DNA from: Rummeliibacillus sp.
GTDB taxonomy: Bacteria > Bacillota > Bacilli > Bacillales_A > Planococcaceae
Assembly (NCBI GenBank): GCA_035554455.1
Contig: DATMJF010000573.1
Span: 1,417 to 65,416, forward strand
Direction: 5' to 3'
Length of the DNA stretch: 64,000 bases
Part shown: positions 20,949 through 29,727 of the stretch, one piece after another
How the letters are laid out: each line of letters opens with the position of its first letter
Numbering within the stretch: the first letter of the stretch is position 1
Notes under the pieces: model-generated
Database searches by the model: none
What the model was told of the DNA's origin: nothing
Seen by the model: the letters and a program-made list of their open reading frames with translations, nothing else
Program-made: the position numbers and the translations under genes

Positions 20949-21599
20949 TTAGTTTTCAGTACTTAATTGTGTAGCAGTCTTCTTTTCACGAGGCTTAACA
21001 AGCCCAAATGGTTTACCGATTGGTAGAAATTCAAAACCAAAATGTTTGTTTAACACGTTAGCACCTGCTCCGTATAGAGAAAGAAGACCAATTGCTAGCT
21101 CAGAGTATGCTGCTAGTAGATGCATTCCATATTCCATAATACCAAGAGTGCTTAATCCTAAACCGATAAATAGTAGGTCTATTAAGAAGAAGATTCCAAA
21201 TAATACTTTGTTTGTTTCCAATGCGCCAATTGTCATGAAAACCGAAAAGCCTAGATAACCTAAATAAACAATGCCTAATTGATGAACATCCGCACTGTTC
21301 TTCAGTGCTTCACCAAAGGTACCCAATTGGATAAACCAAGTTGTCGCTACTCCCATCCAAAAGAGACCATACGCGCCAAATGCTGTCATGCCAAAAACAT
21401 TATTATGTTTTGAATCTAAAATTGATGCATAAAATTGTGCAATGCCCCCTAAAAAGATGGCCCAAGGAATAACTAGACCTAATCCTTCTGTCCAACCTAG
21501 CTTTACTGATGAAGCAACTAGTGTAACGATTGCTAAACCGAATAAACCAATACCAGATGGATCTGCTGTTACAATTTTAATGTTGTTTGATTGTGACAT
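20949..21599 (-). CDS. GPR1/FUN34/YaaH-family acetate/succinate channel (SatP-like)
   Basis: N-terminal ADPSGIGLFGLAIVT motif and six TM helices, typical of this family. Confidence 0.85.
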   Translation of the reverse strand: MSQSNNIKIVTADPSGIGLFGLAIVTLVASSVKLGWTEGLGLVIPWAIFLGGIAQFYASILDSKHNNVFGMTAFGAYGLFWMGVATTWFIQLGTFGEALKNSADVHQLGIVYLGYLGFSVFMTIGALETNKVLFGIFFLIDLLFIGLGLSTLGIMEYGMHLLAAYSELAIGLLSLYGAGANVLNKHFGFEFLPIGKPFGLVKPREKKTATQLSTEN

Positions 21600-22011
21600 C
21601 TCAAATATCCCCTAACTCTTGATGTGTATTTTCTCGAACATGTTGAGTTTAAACTATCTCCCGTATAATAACTATAGATTAGGCGGATTCAAAGAGAACC
21701 AGGTTATTAATAAATGAATATCTGATATTTTTAACAAGATTCGTTAATCAGGGAAAGTTGTGGAATTAGTTAAAATTAATCGTAGAAGGGCATATTTGTG
21801 TGCTAATGTAGAAATTTTTTATTGACTGTTCTAGTACAAATAGTTGAAGGAATCACTTTACAAGCTGAAGGGTGTAATTTTGGAGAAGATATCCACGTTG
21901 TTATAATTAAGAGCGCTAAGGAACATATTGAAGGTACATTTATCATGGTGAGGGCACTGAAAAACGAAACAATTTTATTCCTAATTTTTATAGTACAAAT
22001 CTGCTATAACA

Positions 22012-22192
22012 TGAAGTGGAATCAGCTTCGCTTTCCGCGGGCGAACCGACGAGCCTCCTCGCTGCGCTGTGGGGTCTCTCTGGCTCGCTTTCCCGCAGAT
22101 AAAGATTGCTCCTGCATCGCTTCGCTAGCTTCGTCGCAGAAAATTCTTCTTGCTCCTGCAGAGCAAAAAGAATTTTCGCTGATTCCACTTCA
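22012..22192 (-). repeat. GC-rich palindromic intergenic repeat, copy A (MITE/REP-like)
   Basis: Perfect 15-bp inverted termini TGAAGTGGAATCAGC (22012-22026 and 22178-22192). The reverse-strand core matches copy B motifs (CTGCGGGAAAGCGAG, CCCCACAGCGCAGCGAGGAGG, CCCGCGGAAAGCGAAGC). Confidence 0.75.
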
Positions 22193-22492
22193 ACAAAAAT
22201 TGCATCACAAAATTTTATTATTAAAATTCATGTATTTTGACTTTTTCAGTGGCCTGATTATGGTTACCCTCTTTTTTGATTTTAATTAAATTTAGTGTAA
22301 TTTGGAAAGGTTCCCCCAAGTTCCAACCTTATTAATTTGAGGATATGTTGATATCGATAGTAAAAGTTATGTACAAGAATTCATTTATTTGAATACATAG
22401 GTATTCGTCAGTCATCCGTGCATATTTTCTGGACATTTTACAATACTATATCTAGATCATTTATCTAATTGACAGGAAGGGAAGAGGCATAA

Positions 22493-22771
22493 TTGGCGAA
22501 GCATTCAGATGTAAGTTGGAAGCAGGATCATCCAAGTACTTTGTTTGGCAACTCTGTCCAAAAGGCAGAGCGTTTGTTGAAGCAAGCAAAGTCACACCCA
22601 GAGGAGATAGCGATTGAGCATGCTTTCAATCAAATAGAACATGCAGAAAATGCACTATCGAATGCAGTAGAATATGGTGAGCATATGGATACAATTCAGC
22701 AAAATAGAGAACACTTAGAGCTGATCAAGAAGCAATTACATGAAGTGCAAGAGAAAGAGGAAGATCAGTAA
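22493..22771 (+). CDS. Hypothetical small helical protein
   Basis: TTG start 5 nt after GGAAGGGAAGAGG. 92 aa. Hairpin terminator follows. Confidence 0.5.
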   Translation: MAKHSDVSWKQDHPSTLFGNSVQKAERLLKQAKSHPEEIAIEHAFNQIEHAENALSNAVEYGEHMDTIQQNREHLELIKKQLHEVQEKEEDQ

Positions 22772-22927
22772 TATAAGACGATAACCCCCGCCGGTTTCAC
22801 AAATGGTATGGGGGTTATTTTCTTAGTTCGGATTGGACTGCTTTTCTTCTAAAATATAGTTTGTAGCTGATCAGTCATTAATCATCGTTAGAATGGATTG
22901 TAGAAAATAAAATTTCTATAAATAGTA

Positions 22928-23440
22928 TTAACACCAAACGATTATTTTATAAGGTGTGGTTTGAGCAGGGATACTTCTTGTAGTAGGACCATATATCACG
23001 ATTAGGTTTCGATTTGTAGGATTTTTTGAAAAAGGTTGCCCATTTGTGAGTAAGATAGTGGTATAGGGAGAGATGTTTAATTTTAATTGGCCATCACTAC
23101 TCACTAATTGGTTATTAAAAAAGTCTACTTTTACATTTTGATAGTTGTTTTCCTTTACAACGACAAGTGCCCGATATTGTGGTGGGTATATCATAGGTAC
23201 AGGTGCATCTCCATCATAATATCCAGTAATCCGATCACCGAGAATCACAATTTCCTGATTTACAAAGTAAGTAGTAGGTGAGATTACAAAATTGACAATG
23301 CCGCCAGCACCATCTTCTACCGTCATTAGTTTATAACAACCTTCTCCTTCTCCATTTTGCCCAATTATAAAATCATTTATCTGGGTAACGATTCCTCGAA
23401 AAGATTTAAAATTTACCATAGCCATTCCTTTCTTTATCAA
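22928..23440 (-). CDS. Hypothetical protein
   Basis: 170-aa ORF. Start ambiguous (TTG 23440 or ATGs a few codons in). No family recognised. Confidence 0.5.
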   Translation of the reverse strand: MIKKGMAMVNFKSFRGIVTQINDFIIGQNGEGEGCYKLMTVEDGAGGIVNFVISPTTYFVNQEIVILGDRITGYYDGDAPVPMIYPPQYRALVVVKENNYQNVKVDFFNNQLVSSDGQLKLNISPYTTILLTNGQPFSKNPTNRNLIVIYGPTTRSIPAQTTPYKIIVWC

Positions 23441-23616
23441 ATCTCAATCAATCAATCTCGTTTAGGTTATTGTTTATCTGAATGAAAAAAATAAATAAGT
23501 ACATTTTGAACAGTTTCATTTTAATTTATGTAACATTTCCAATAAGGGTGACAAAGAATGAATTGAACCTACATTAGTAGGCTCTGTTATATAGTGGATA
23601 ATACGCATCATACTTG

Positions 23617-23723
23617 AATGAAAGGTGGCGAATCCTCGAAAATGCATTCCATTTCCTTCGTGCAATGTTAATTCAGAGAGGTTTATTCATAATCCTGCGG
23701 GAAAGGTTCGCCAGTAGCGAAAC
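23617..23723 (+). repeat. Degenerate, internally shortened copy C of the same repeat
   Basis: GAAAGGTGGCGAATCCTCGAAAATGC and CCTGCGGGAAAGGTTCGCCAGTAGCGAAAC align with the two arms of copy B. Confidence 0.45.
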
Positions 23724-23906
23724 TATTGAAATAGCAACAGTATTGTTAAACGAAGCATTTTAGTAAAAAACTATTTAAATCTTTTAAGGTGAACCTTATC
23801 ATTAGTAAGTGATATTAGCTTTGCAAGAAATAATATAAATATTGCATCCGGTAATATATACTTAATTTGCTAACTATAACGTTAATTTTCAAAGGAGGGG
23901 AACCTA

Positions 23907-24062
23907 ATGAAATGCATTTCTAAAAAGAATAAGAAACCCCTTTTAATATTAATCATTATTATTATTTTTATGGCTGGTCTACTCGATATCAAATATCAAG
24001 GACTATTCTTCCAATCATTACCTAAATCGATGCAATCTTATTTAGCTAATATTTTTAAATAA
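23907..24062 (+). CDS. Small membrane protein, 51 aa (below ORF-track cutoff)
   Basis: AAAGGAGGGG 23891-23900, then ATG 23907. Product MKCISKKNKKPLLILIIIIIFMAGLLDIKYQGLFFQSLPKSMQSYLANIFK has a basic N-terminus and one TM helix. Confidence 0.4.
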   Translation: MKCISKKNKKPLLILIIIIIFMAGLLDIKYQGLFFQSLPKSMQSYLANIFK

Positions 24063-24167
24063 GTGGATTTCAACAGATAAGATGCCGGATTATGTTGTTA
24101 TCTTTTGAATAGAAGTGTTACTACAATTTAGAAGTAGTAGAAAGTGGATCGTCCTTTCTTTATAGCT

Positions 24168-25331
24168 TTAAAGCAGATCCTTTTTATTTTCCAATTTCCT
24201 ATAAACAAGGGCAAGTAACATTGATGGAATGGTACAAACAACCATTCCGATAAAGGCGTATCTTGGCTCAATTTGGTATAAATAGCCGCCGAAAATGGTG
24301 AATACTGCAGTACTCCAACTAAGTGCCAGTGCGGAATACATGCCTTGTACTTTCGGAATCTTTGCATGTGGAATATTATTGATTAAGTATTTCATAAATG
24401 CATAATGCCCCATTGCAAACGAGCATGCATGCAGGGTTTGTGCGATAGAGAAAACAATAACATTTGGAAAGGCAAAAACCAATATCCAACGTATAGTTGA
24501 GCCAAGTGCCGCTAGTGTTAGTAAGGAGCCTACTGAAAATTTATGAAATTTCCGATCTGCTATTGAGAAGAAAAAGATTTCTGCGATAACTGCAATGTTA
24601 AGTATTCCACCAATTAAATATTTGGGTGCATGGATTTCCTGTAAAAAAAGATAGCCATAATTGTAATAGGAAGCGTGTGCAGCCTGCAGTAAAATCACAA
24701 TAATGAGCACCAAACCAAAGTTTTTGATGCGCAATAATTCTAACAAACCATTTTTGTCTGTTTGTTCCACTGGTGGCTTTTCAGATAAAATAGCGGGTGC
24801 ACGCATAAAACCTAGAGATACGAATACCAATGTGCCGAGTAACAGTGCCCATAAAATTACTTCATCTCCAAGCATGCCTGTAAAAAATGTTAAAATCATG
24901 CCAGCCACAACAAACCCAATGGATCCCCACTGGCGGCTTCTCCCATAATGTTTTAATTGTTTATTCTGTACGAGTACGCCTGCAGCGGTATCTAAAGCAG
25001 GCATCAACGTTGGGTAAAAAATATGCAAAAGTAATGTTGCCATAAGTAAATCGGTAACGGAATTTGCTGGAATATAACATATAATTGCGATTAGTGTTCC
25101 AATTCCAGCTATATTTAATAAGGTTTTACTACTAAACTTCGTTGAAAAATAAGGAAATGCAACTAATGTAGAAAGGCCTCTTGCGACCAAACCTAAGCTC
25201 ATAATTAAACTAACTTGTGAAACCGTAATACCTTTTGCAAAAATCATCCATCCTGTCCAATAAGGTAGGAAAATGCCCCATGTTATAAAAAAACTAAAAA
25301 ACTGTCTGCTCATCCAGTATTGTGTGCTCAT
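24168..25331 (-). CDS. MFS transporter (HcaT/MFS_1-like subfamily)
   Basis: 12-TM profile. N-terminus YWMSRQFFSFFITWGIFLPYW resembles the phenylpropionate-permease-like subfamily. ATG 25331 lies 9 nt after GGAGG. Confidence 0.8.
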   Translation of the reverse strand: MSTQYWMSRQFFSFFITWGIFLPYWTGWMIFAKGITVSQVSLIMSLGLVARGLSTLVAFPYFSTKFSSKTLLNIAGIGTLIAIICYIPANSVTDLLMATLLLHIFYPTLMPALDTAAGVLVQNKQLKHYGRSRQWGSIGFVVAGMILTFFTGMLGDEVILWALLLGTLVFVSLGFMRAPAILSEKPPVEQTDKNGLLELLRIKNFGLVLIIVILLQAAHASYYNYGYLFLQEIHAPKYLIGGILNIAVIAEIFFFSIADRKFHKFSVGSLLTLAALGSTIRWILVFAFPNVIVFSIAQTLHACSFAMGHYAFMKYLINNIPHAKIPKVQGMYSALALSWSTAVFTIFGGYLYQIEPRYAFIGMVVCTIPSMLLALVYRKLENKKDLL

Positions 25332-25379
25332 TCTGTATTCCCTCCATTGTTTGCATGATATCATGGAGATAGTTACAAC

Positions 25380-25399
25380 AATATGAGATATCTCATATT
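25380..25399. promoter_or_regulatory. Perfect 20-bp palindrome in the MFS / Crp-Fnr divergent region (candidate operator)
   Basis: AATATGAGATATCTCATATT is self-complementary over all 20 nt. Confidence 0.5.
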
Positions 25400-25412
25400 A
25401 TTGAGGTGGAAA

Positions 25413-26084
25413 ATGGAAATTTATAAAGGTAAGAATAAGCGAAGCTATTTAGAGAAAAACTCCATTGCACATTTATTTTCTTTTTCGATTGAAGAGTTAA
25501 TAGAAGTACGGGAATATCAACGAGATGAATGGATTATTCAAGAAGGCATGAGACCAGATTTCTTATTTTATGTTATCGAAGGAAAAGCAAAAATATATGT
25601 AACGCATCAAAACGGGAAAGTTTCTTTAATTAATATGATCAAAGCAAAAGATTATATTGGGGAAATGGAATTATTAAATGAGGAGTACTATACAAAAGGG
25701 ATTCAAGCCTCTACTAAGACTATTTGTTGTGCTCTTCCTTTCTATTGCTATCGTGAACGATTGCTAGAAGATGTGACATTTCTACGTGAACTAACCCAGT
25801 TTTTAAGTGTAAAAGCAACACATATGGCTGCGAAGTATTCACAAAGTCTTGCTTTCCCACTTGAAACTCGGCTTGCTGATTTTATTTTGCAAACTGTTGA
25901 TGAGGGAATCTATAAGGAAAAACATGTAACGGTTTGCGATTATTTAGGCGTTTCCTATCGGCATTTATTGTATGTGATCGCACAATTTTGTGATAAAGGA
26001 TATCTGCAAAAGGAAGGCCGTCATTATCGAATCAAACAGTACAATTCCCTATATGAGCTTGCTGAGATGTTGAAGTATACGTAA
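25413..26084 (+). CDS. Crp/Fnr-family transcriptional regulator
   Basis: cNMP-binding-like N-terminal domain (GEMELL) and a C-terminal HTH (VCDYLGVSYRHLLYVI). ATG 25413 after GAGGTGG. Confidence 0.8.
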   Translation: MEIYKGKNKRSYLEKNSIAHLFSFSIEELIEVREYQRDEWIIQEGMRPDFLFYVIEGKAKIYVTHQNGKVSLINMIKAKDYIGEMELLNEEYYTKGIQASTKTICCALPFYCYRERLLEDVTFLRELTQFLSVKATHMAAKYSQSLAFPLETRLADFILQTVDEGIYKEKHVTVCDYLGVSYRHLLYVIAQFCDKGYLQKEGRHYRIKQYNSLYELAEMLKYT

Positions 26085-26189
26085 CCATATAAGGGGCATT
26101 TTTAATGCTTTTAAGGCTTTGGTGAAATACAAAAGTTGAACAATAGTAAACAATAACCGTTGAGAGATTGACTTTCCCAACGGTCTAAC

Positions 26190-26221
26190 AAAAAGCTGTC
26201 ATACAAATGATAGCTTTTTTA
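26190..26221. terminator. Terminator after the Crp/Fnr gene
   Basis: AAAGCTGTCA / TGATAGCTTT stem between A- and T-runs. Confidence 0.7.
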
Positions 26222-26288
26222 ATTAGATAGCTAGTTTTTCCAAGATACAATCCACCATTACATTGATAGCTTCGTCGTTATTCAAGTA

Positions 26289-26516
26289 TTAAGTCTTATG
26301 GATTTGGGTCTTCTTCGCTACATAATAATCGAATAGAGCCTGTTTCAACGATAATTCTTCATCTATTAAAAAAGAGGTATTAACTAATTTCCCTAGCACA
26401 GTTTCATCTTGAATTATTAGGATTGAAGTATTCAATCCATTAAAAACCACTTCTTTCATGCCATTTTGGTAAAAGGCATGGATACAACCGAAAAGACACT
26501 CGGATTTAAGTGACAT
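26289..26516 (-). CDS. Hypothetical 75-aa ORF (weak)
   Basis: ORF only. No SD and no family. Confidence 0.25.
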   Translation of the reverse strand: MSLKSECLFGCIHAFYQNGMKEVVFNGLNTSILIIQDETVLGKLVNTSFLIDEELSLKQALFDYYVAKKTQIHKT

Positions 26517-26608
26517 TAAGTTGATAAAACAGTCTCATTTGATATTTTTGAATCTTTTTTGAGACTAGTTCGTAAAATATATTGCAAAAAGGAAGAGGGG
26601 TGAAAATA

Positions 26609-26944
26609 GTGGGGAAAACTCAAAAAATTATGATAGGCATTACAACGACTGCACTTTCACTTGGTCTTGCTGGATGCGGTTCAAATAGCGCTAATCTCCC
26701 TCCTAAACCTACTGATAAAAATTGTGATGATTGGGAATGGGACGACAATAAAGGTGTCTGGGCATGTGATGACAGCAGTTCAAGTCACAATGGTCATTAT
26801 TACTATGGCGGCCATTATTATAACAATAAAAATTCACTATTAAAAAGCAGTGGCTATAAAAGTTATAAAAAAAGCTCTTCATTTAAAGGAGGAATTAAGG
26901 CGAGTTCTGGATTTGGTAGTGGGTTTAAAAGCTTCGGGGGATAA
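26609..26944 (+). CDS. Lipoprotein, DUF1190 (YjfM)-like
   Basis: Lipobox LGLAGC, Cys pairs (CDDWEWDD...WACDD) and a Gly/Ser/Tyr-rich tail ending SGFGSGFKSFGG, reminiscent of the E. coli YjfM tail. GTG 26609 lies 8 nt after GAGGGG. Confidence 0.6.
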   Translation: MGKTQKIMIGITTTALSLGLAGCGSNSANLPPKPTDKNCDDWEWDDNKGVWACDDSSSSHNGHYYYGGHYYNNKNSLLKSSGYKSYKKSSSFKGGIKASSGFGSGFKSFGG

Positions 26945-26979
26945 AATAATTATGTTTAAAGCAAAAAAGGAGGATGAAT

Positions 26980-27378
26980 GTGAATTTATATATCAATTTT
27001 CTATCTTATTTAGGAGTAGCCTTGCTTCTGCTTCTTGTGGGAGTTGCACTATTTGCTATTAGCACGCCGAAGTTAAAGGAATTTCAGTTGATTGCTGAGA
27101 GAAATGTAACAGCGGCAATGTCACTCGGTGGGAAGATCTTTGGTCTTGCTATTGTTTTAGGAGCCGCTGCTGAATATTCGGTATCGCTGCTTGATATGGC
27201 GATTTGGGGAGTCATCGGGATCGTATCCCAAATTATTGTGTTTATACTAGCAGAAGCCATCACGATCCGTTTTAGTATTCATCAAGCAATCGAAGAGGAT
27301 AATCGAGCAGTAGGTACGATGTTATTATCGTTATCGTTAGCAGTTGGTTGGATTTTAGCAAAATGTCTATCTTACTAA
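26980..27378 (+). CDS. DUF350 (YjfL)-family membrane protein
   Basis: About 130 aa with 4 TM helices. GTG 26980 lies 6 nt after AAGGAGG (track ATG 26974 abuts the SD). Context with the GspS-like gene. Confidence 0.7.
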   Translation: MNLYINFLSYLGVALLLLLVGVALFAISTPKLKEFQLIAERNVTAAMSLGGKIFGLAIVLGAAAEYSVSLLDMAIWGVIGIVSQIIVFILAEAITIRFSIHQAIEEDNRAVGTMLLSLSLAVGWILAKCLSY

Positions 27379-27396
27379 TTGAGGCGGGGAAGTATA

Positions 27397-27852
27397 TTGA
27401 AACAATTAAAGTATTATATTGATAAAGGCAATGATTACTATGAGCCGTTCTATGAATATACGATTCCGAATGTTGGAATAGATGAATTTTACGCAAGACA
27501 GCTATGTACATATTTCATAATAAGAGGAACCCAATACGAGCTCACTTCAAATGAGATGGATGGGGAAAATGACATTTTGGTGATTAAAGAAATAGGAAGG
27601 AATCTGCCAGGTGAAGATGAAAAAAGCTTTCGTGGTGAAGGTATACATATTGAGTTTCGTAGCCCTCATGAACGAGAAAATTTTCGATTGTTTTCTCGCA
27701 TTTCAAGTATTTCTCACTTTGATGTTCTGCGTTTTCTTTTAAAGGATGTTGTTGATGTTCCAGGAATCGGGCAAAAGCTTGTAACCTCTACAGAGATTGA
27801 TGAGGATCGAGGCGTATATGTGATTTATGTCAAGGATTTAGAACAGGACTGA
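27397..27852 (+). CDS. Hypothetical soluble protein (about 151 aa)
   Basis: TTG 27397 lies 6 nt after GAGGCGGGGA. Tightly packed in the operon. No family recognised. Confidence 0.55.
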   Translation: MKQLKYYIDKGNDYYEPFYEYTIPNVGIDEFYARQLCTYFIIRGTQYELTSNEMDGENDILVIKEIGRNLPGEDEKSFRGEGIHIEFRSPHERENFRLFSRISSISHFDVLRFLLKDVVDVPGIGQKLVTSTEIDEDRGVYVIYVKDLEQD

Positions 27853-27860
27853 GTGTACAT

Positions 27861-29081
27861 ATGTATCATACAAAACGACAGCAGTTATATGGAAAAATGG
27901 AAGGCTTTTGGGCAGATCTTTATGGTGAGGAATATGCACTTTATGATATAAAGCTTTTAAACCAAGAGGATGTTGCTCATATCCGTCTTATTAGTGAACG
28001 TATTGGCTCTATATTTTTTAAAATAGGTTCCTTACTTCGAAAAGTGCCCGATGAAATTCTTCTTGAAATGGGTTTCCCAAAGGACACACTTTCATTTATA
28101 AGACTAAAAACACTTCCGGTCGAGAGTGTTATTTCGCGACTTGACCTTATTCCATATGGAGATAGTTATAAATGTATTGAAATCAATGCCGATACGCCTA
28201 CATTTATTAAAGAATTATTTTATATAAATGGAATGGTATGCCGAGAATTTGGCGTGGAGAATCCAAATGAGGGGATGGAACGATATTTACGAAAAGCCGT
28301 TCGTGACAGCGTATACCAAAGCACAAATAAGAAATCCCCACACATTGTTTTTACTGCTCATGAGGATAACGTCGAGGATCGCGAGACCGTACTGTATCTT
28401 CAAAAAAGTGTGCCATCTAAATTTACTCCTCTCCATAAGCTTCAGATCCAAAAAGGTGTGGGGCTTTTTGATGAGGATGGTATCAAAATAGATATCCTTT
28501 ATCGGCAAACATTCCCGATAGAAAGTTTGATAACAGATGAAGATGAGGAAGGAAATCCAATTGGTTTATGGTTATTAGAGCTTGTTGAGGAGAAGAAGCT
28601 CTCGATCATTAATCCGCCTTCTGCCTTTTTACTACAAAATAAAGTAGTTCAGGCAGTTATTTGGGGATTGCATGAAGAGCAACATCCTTATTTTACAGAA
28701 GAAGAGCATATGTGGATTGAGGAATATTTTCTTCCGACTTATCTTGAATCGGGTTCATTTTTACAAAAGGGTCTTTCTTATGTGAAGAAGCCTACCTTTG
28801 GGAGAGAAGGGGACACGGTAGAAATATTTAATAAAGATGGCCAGTTAATCCACTCTGACGTCCAAAAGTCTTATTCGGAATACATCCCTGTTTATCAACA
28901 ATTTGTCGAGCATCCCACAATAACTTTTAAAAGTGAAAAGGGAAAACAGGAAGGCAAGCTGCTGCTTGGAAGTTTTTTGCTTAACGGGAAATCAGCAGCA
29001 CTCGGTTATAGAGTGGGAGGTATGATCACCAATAACCTTTCTTATTACTTGCCTATAGGACTCTTAAAAGGAGAGGGATAG
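27861..29081 (+). CDS. Glutathionylspermidine-synthase-like ATP-grasp ligase (YjfC/YgiC type, no amidase domain)
   Basis: RLDLIPYGDSYKCIEINADTPT motif and an overall 406-aa architecture typical of the GspS pre-ATP-grasp family. Confidence 0.85.
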   Translation: MYHTKRQQLYGKMEGFWADLYGEEYALYDIKLLNQEDVAHIRLISERIGSIFFKIGSLLRKVPDEILLEMGFPKDTLSFIRLKTLPVESVISRLDLIPYGDSYKCIEINADTPTFIKELFYINGMVCREFGVENPNEGMERYLRKAVRDSVYQSTNKKSPHIVFTAHEDNVEDRETVLYLQKSVPSKFTPLHKLQIQKGVGLFDEDGIKIDILYRQTFPIESLITDEDEEGNPIGLWLLELVEEKKLSIINPPSAFLLQNKVVQAVIWGLHEEQHPYFTEEEHMWIEEYFLPTYLESGSFLQKGLSYVKKPTFGREGDTVEIFNKDGQLIHSDVQKSYSEYIPVYQQFVEHPTITFKSEKGKQEGKLLLGSFLLNGKSAALGYRVGGMITNNLSYYLPIGLLKGEG

Positions 29082-29129
29082 GATATGTGGATTTTACATA
29101 CAATCCTTTCAAAAAATAAAAAACGAAAG

Positions 29130-29164
29130 CCGGTTTTCTAAATAAATAGAAAATCGGTTTTTTC
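29130..29164 (+). terminator. Terminator of the DUF1190-DUF350-GspS-like operon
   Basis: CCGGTTTTCT / AGAAAATCGG stem plus T7. Confidence 0.75.
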
Positions 29165-29192
29165 AAATCGTATATAAGTTTTTGGATGTTTT

Positions 29193-29230
29193 AAAAAAGA
29201 CAGAGTCACTTAGTGACTCTGTCTTTTTTG
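29193..29230. terminator. Bidirectional terminator
   Basis: AGACAGAGTCAC TTAG GTGACTCTGTCT flanked by A6 and T6. Confidence 0.85.
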
Positions 29231-29418
29231 AAATAGAGCTTATTTCATTAATTTGGATTGATACCTTTGGTGTTGTTACATCAGATAATATGGATAAGAT
29301 TACTCAAATAGTAACTAATACATTTCTCCATGATCTGTGATTAAATAGGAAGTTCCTAAATCTACAAAATTGCATAATTATTAAATAGATATGTATTTAG
29401 TGAAATACCCAAGTTATG

Positions 29419-29727
29419 CTATTTAGATAAAATCTGGTTTTGTTGTAGTATAGATTGATCCTCATCATTGATAGGACCGTAGCCTTTTTCAATCAAGTCT
29501 TTTATGTACAATTTATTGTATATAAAAGAAAAAACTAGGCCTGGTATCCAAGCTCCAAATCCTGCTGTAATTACGCCGGCAACTGCTGCTAAAATGAACA
29601 TGATTGCAGCCCATTTTAAATCTCCACGGAACAAAGCAGGGATAAATCCAAAGAAAAACGTTGTCCAACTAAAACCGATTTTTACTTCTTTAGTTAAACC
29701 AGAATCATTTTTTAATGTGACTTTCAT
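29419..29727 (-). CDS. Small two-TM membrane protein (DUF2628-like)
   Basis: ATG 29727 lies 8 nt after GGAGG. GFSWTTFFFGFIPALFRGDLKWA motif. Confidence 0.55.
   Translation of the reverse strand: MKVTLKNDSGLTKEVKIGFSWTTFFFGFIPALFRGDLKWAAIMFILAAVAGVITAGFGAWIPGLVFSFIYNKLYIKDLIEKGYGPINDEDQSILQQNQILSK

Noticed and set aside
21822-22289. 155-aa plus-strand ORF and the overlapping 21988-22188 minus-strand ORF
   Set aside because: Both are kept open by the GC-rich palindromic repeat. The sequences (for example RFPRANRRASSLRCGVSLARF) are typical translation artefacts of this repeat, and there is no SD.
25383-25412. Track start ATG 25383 for the Crp/Fnr gene
   Set aside because: That ATG lies inside the 20-bp palindrome without an SD. 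ATG 25413 follows GAGGTGG at proper spacing.
29085-29141. 18-codon ORF (MWILHTILSKNKKRKPVF) immediately after the ATP-grasp ligase gene, considered as a possible substrate or RiPP-like peptide
   Set aside because: It is very short, overlaps the operon terminator hairpin, and has only a marginal SD formed by the end of the preceding gene. Nothing in the sequence distinguishes it from a chance ORF.
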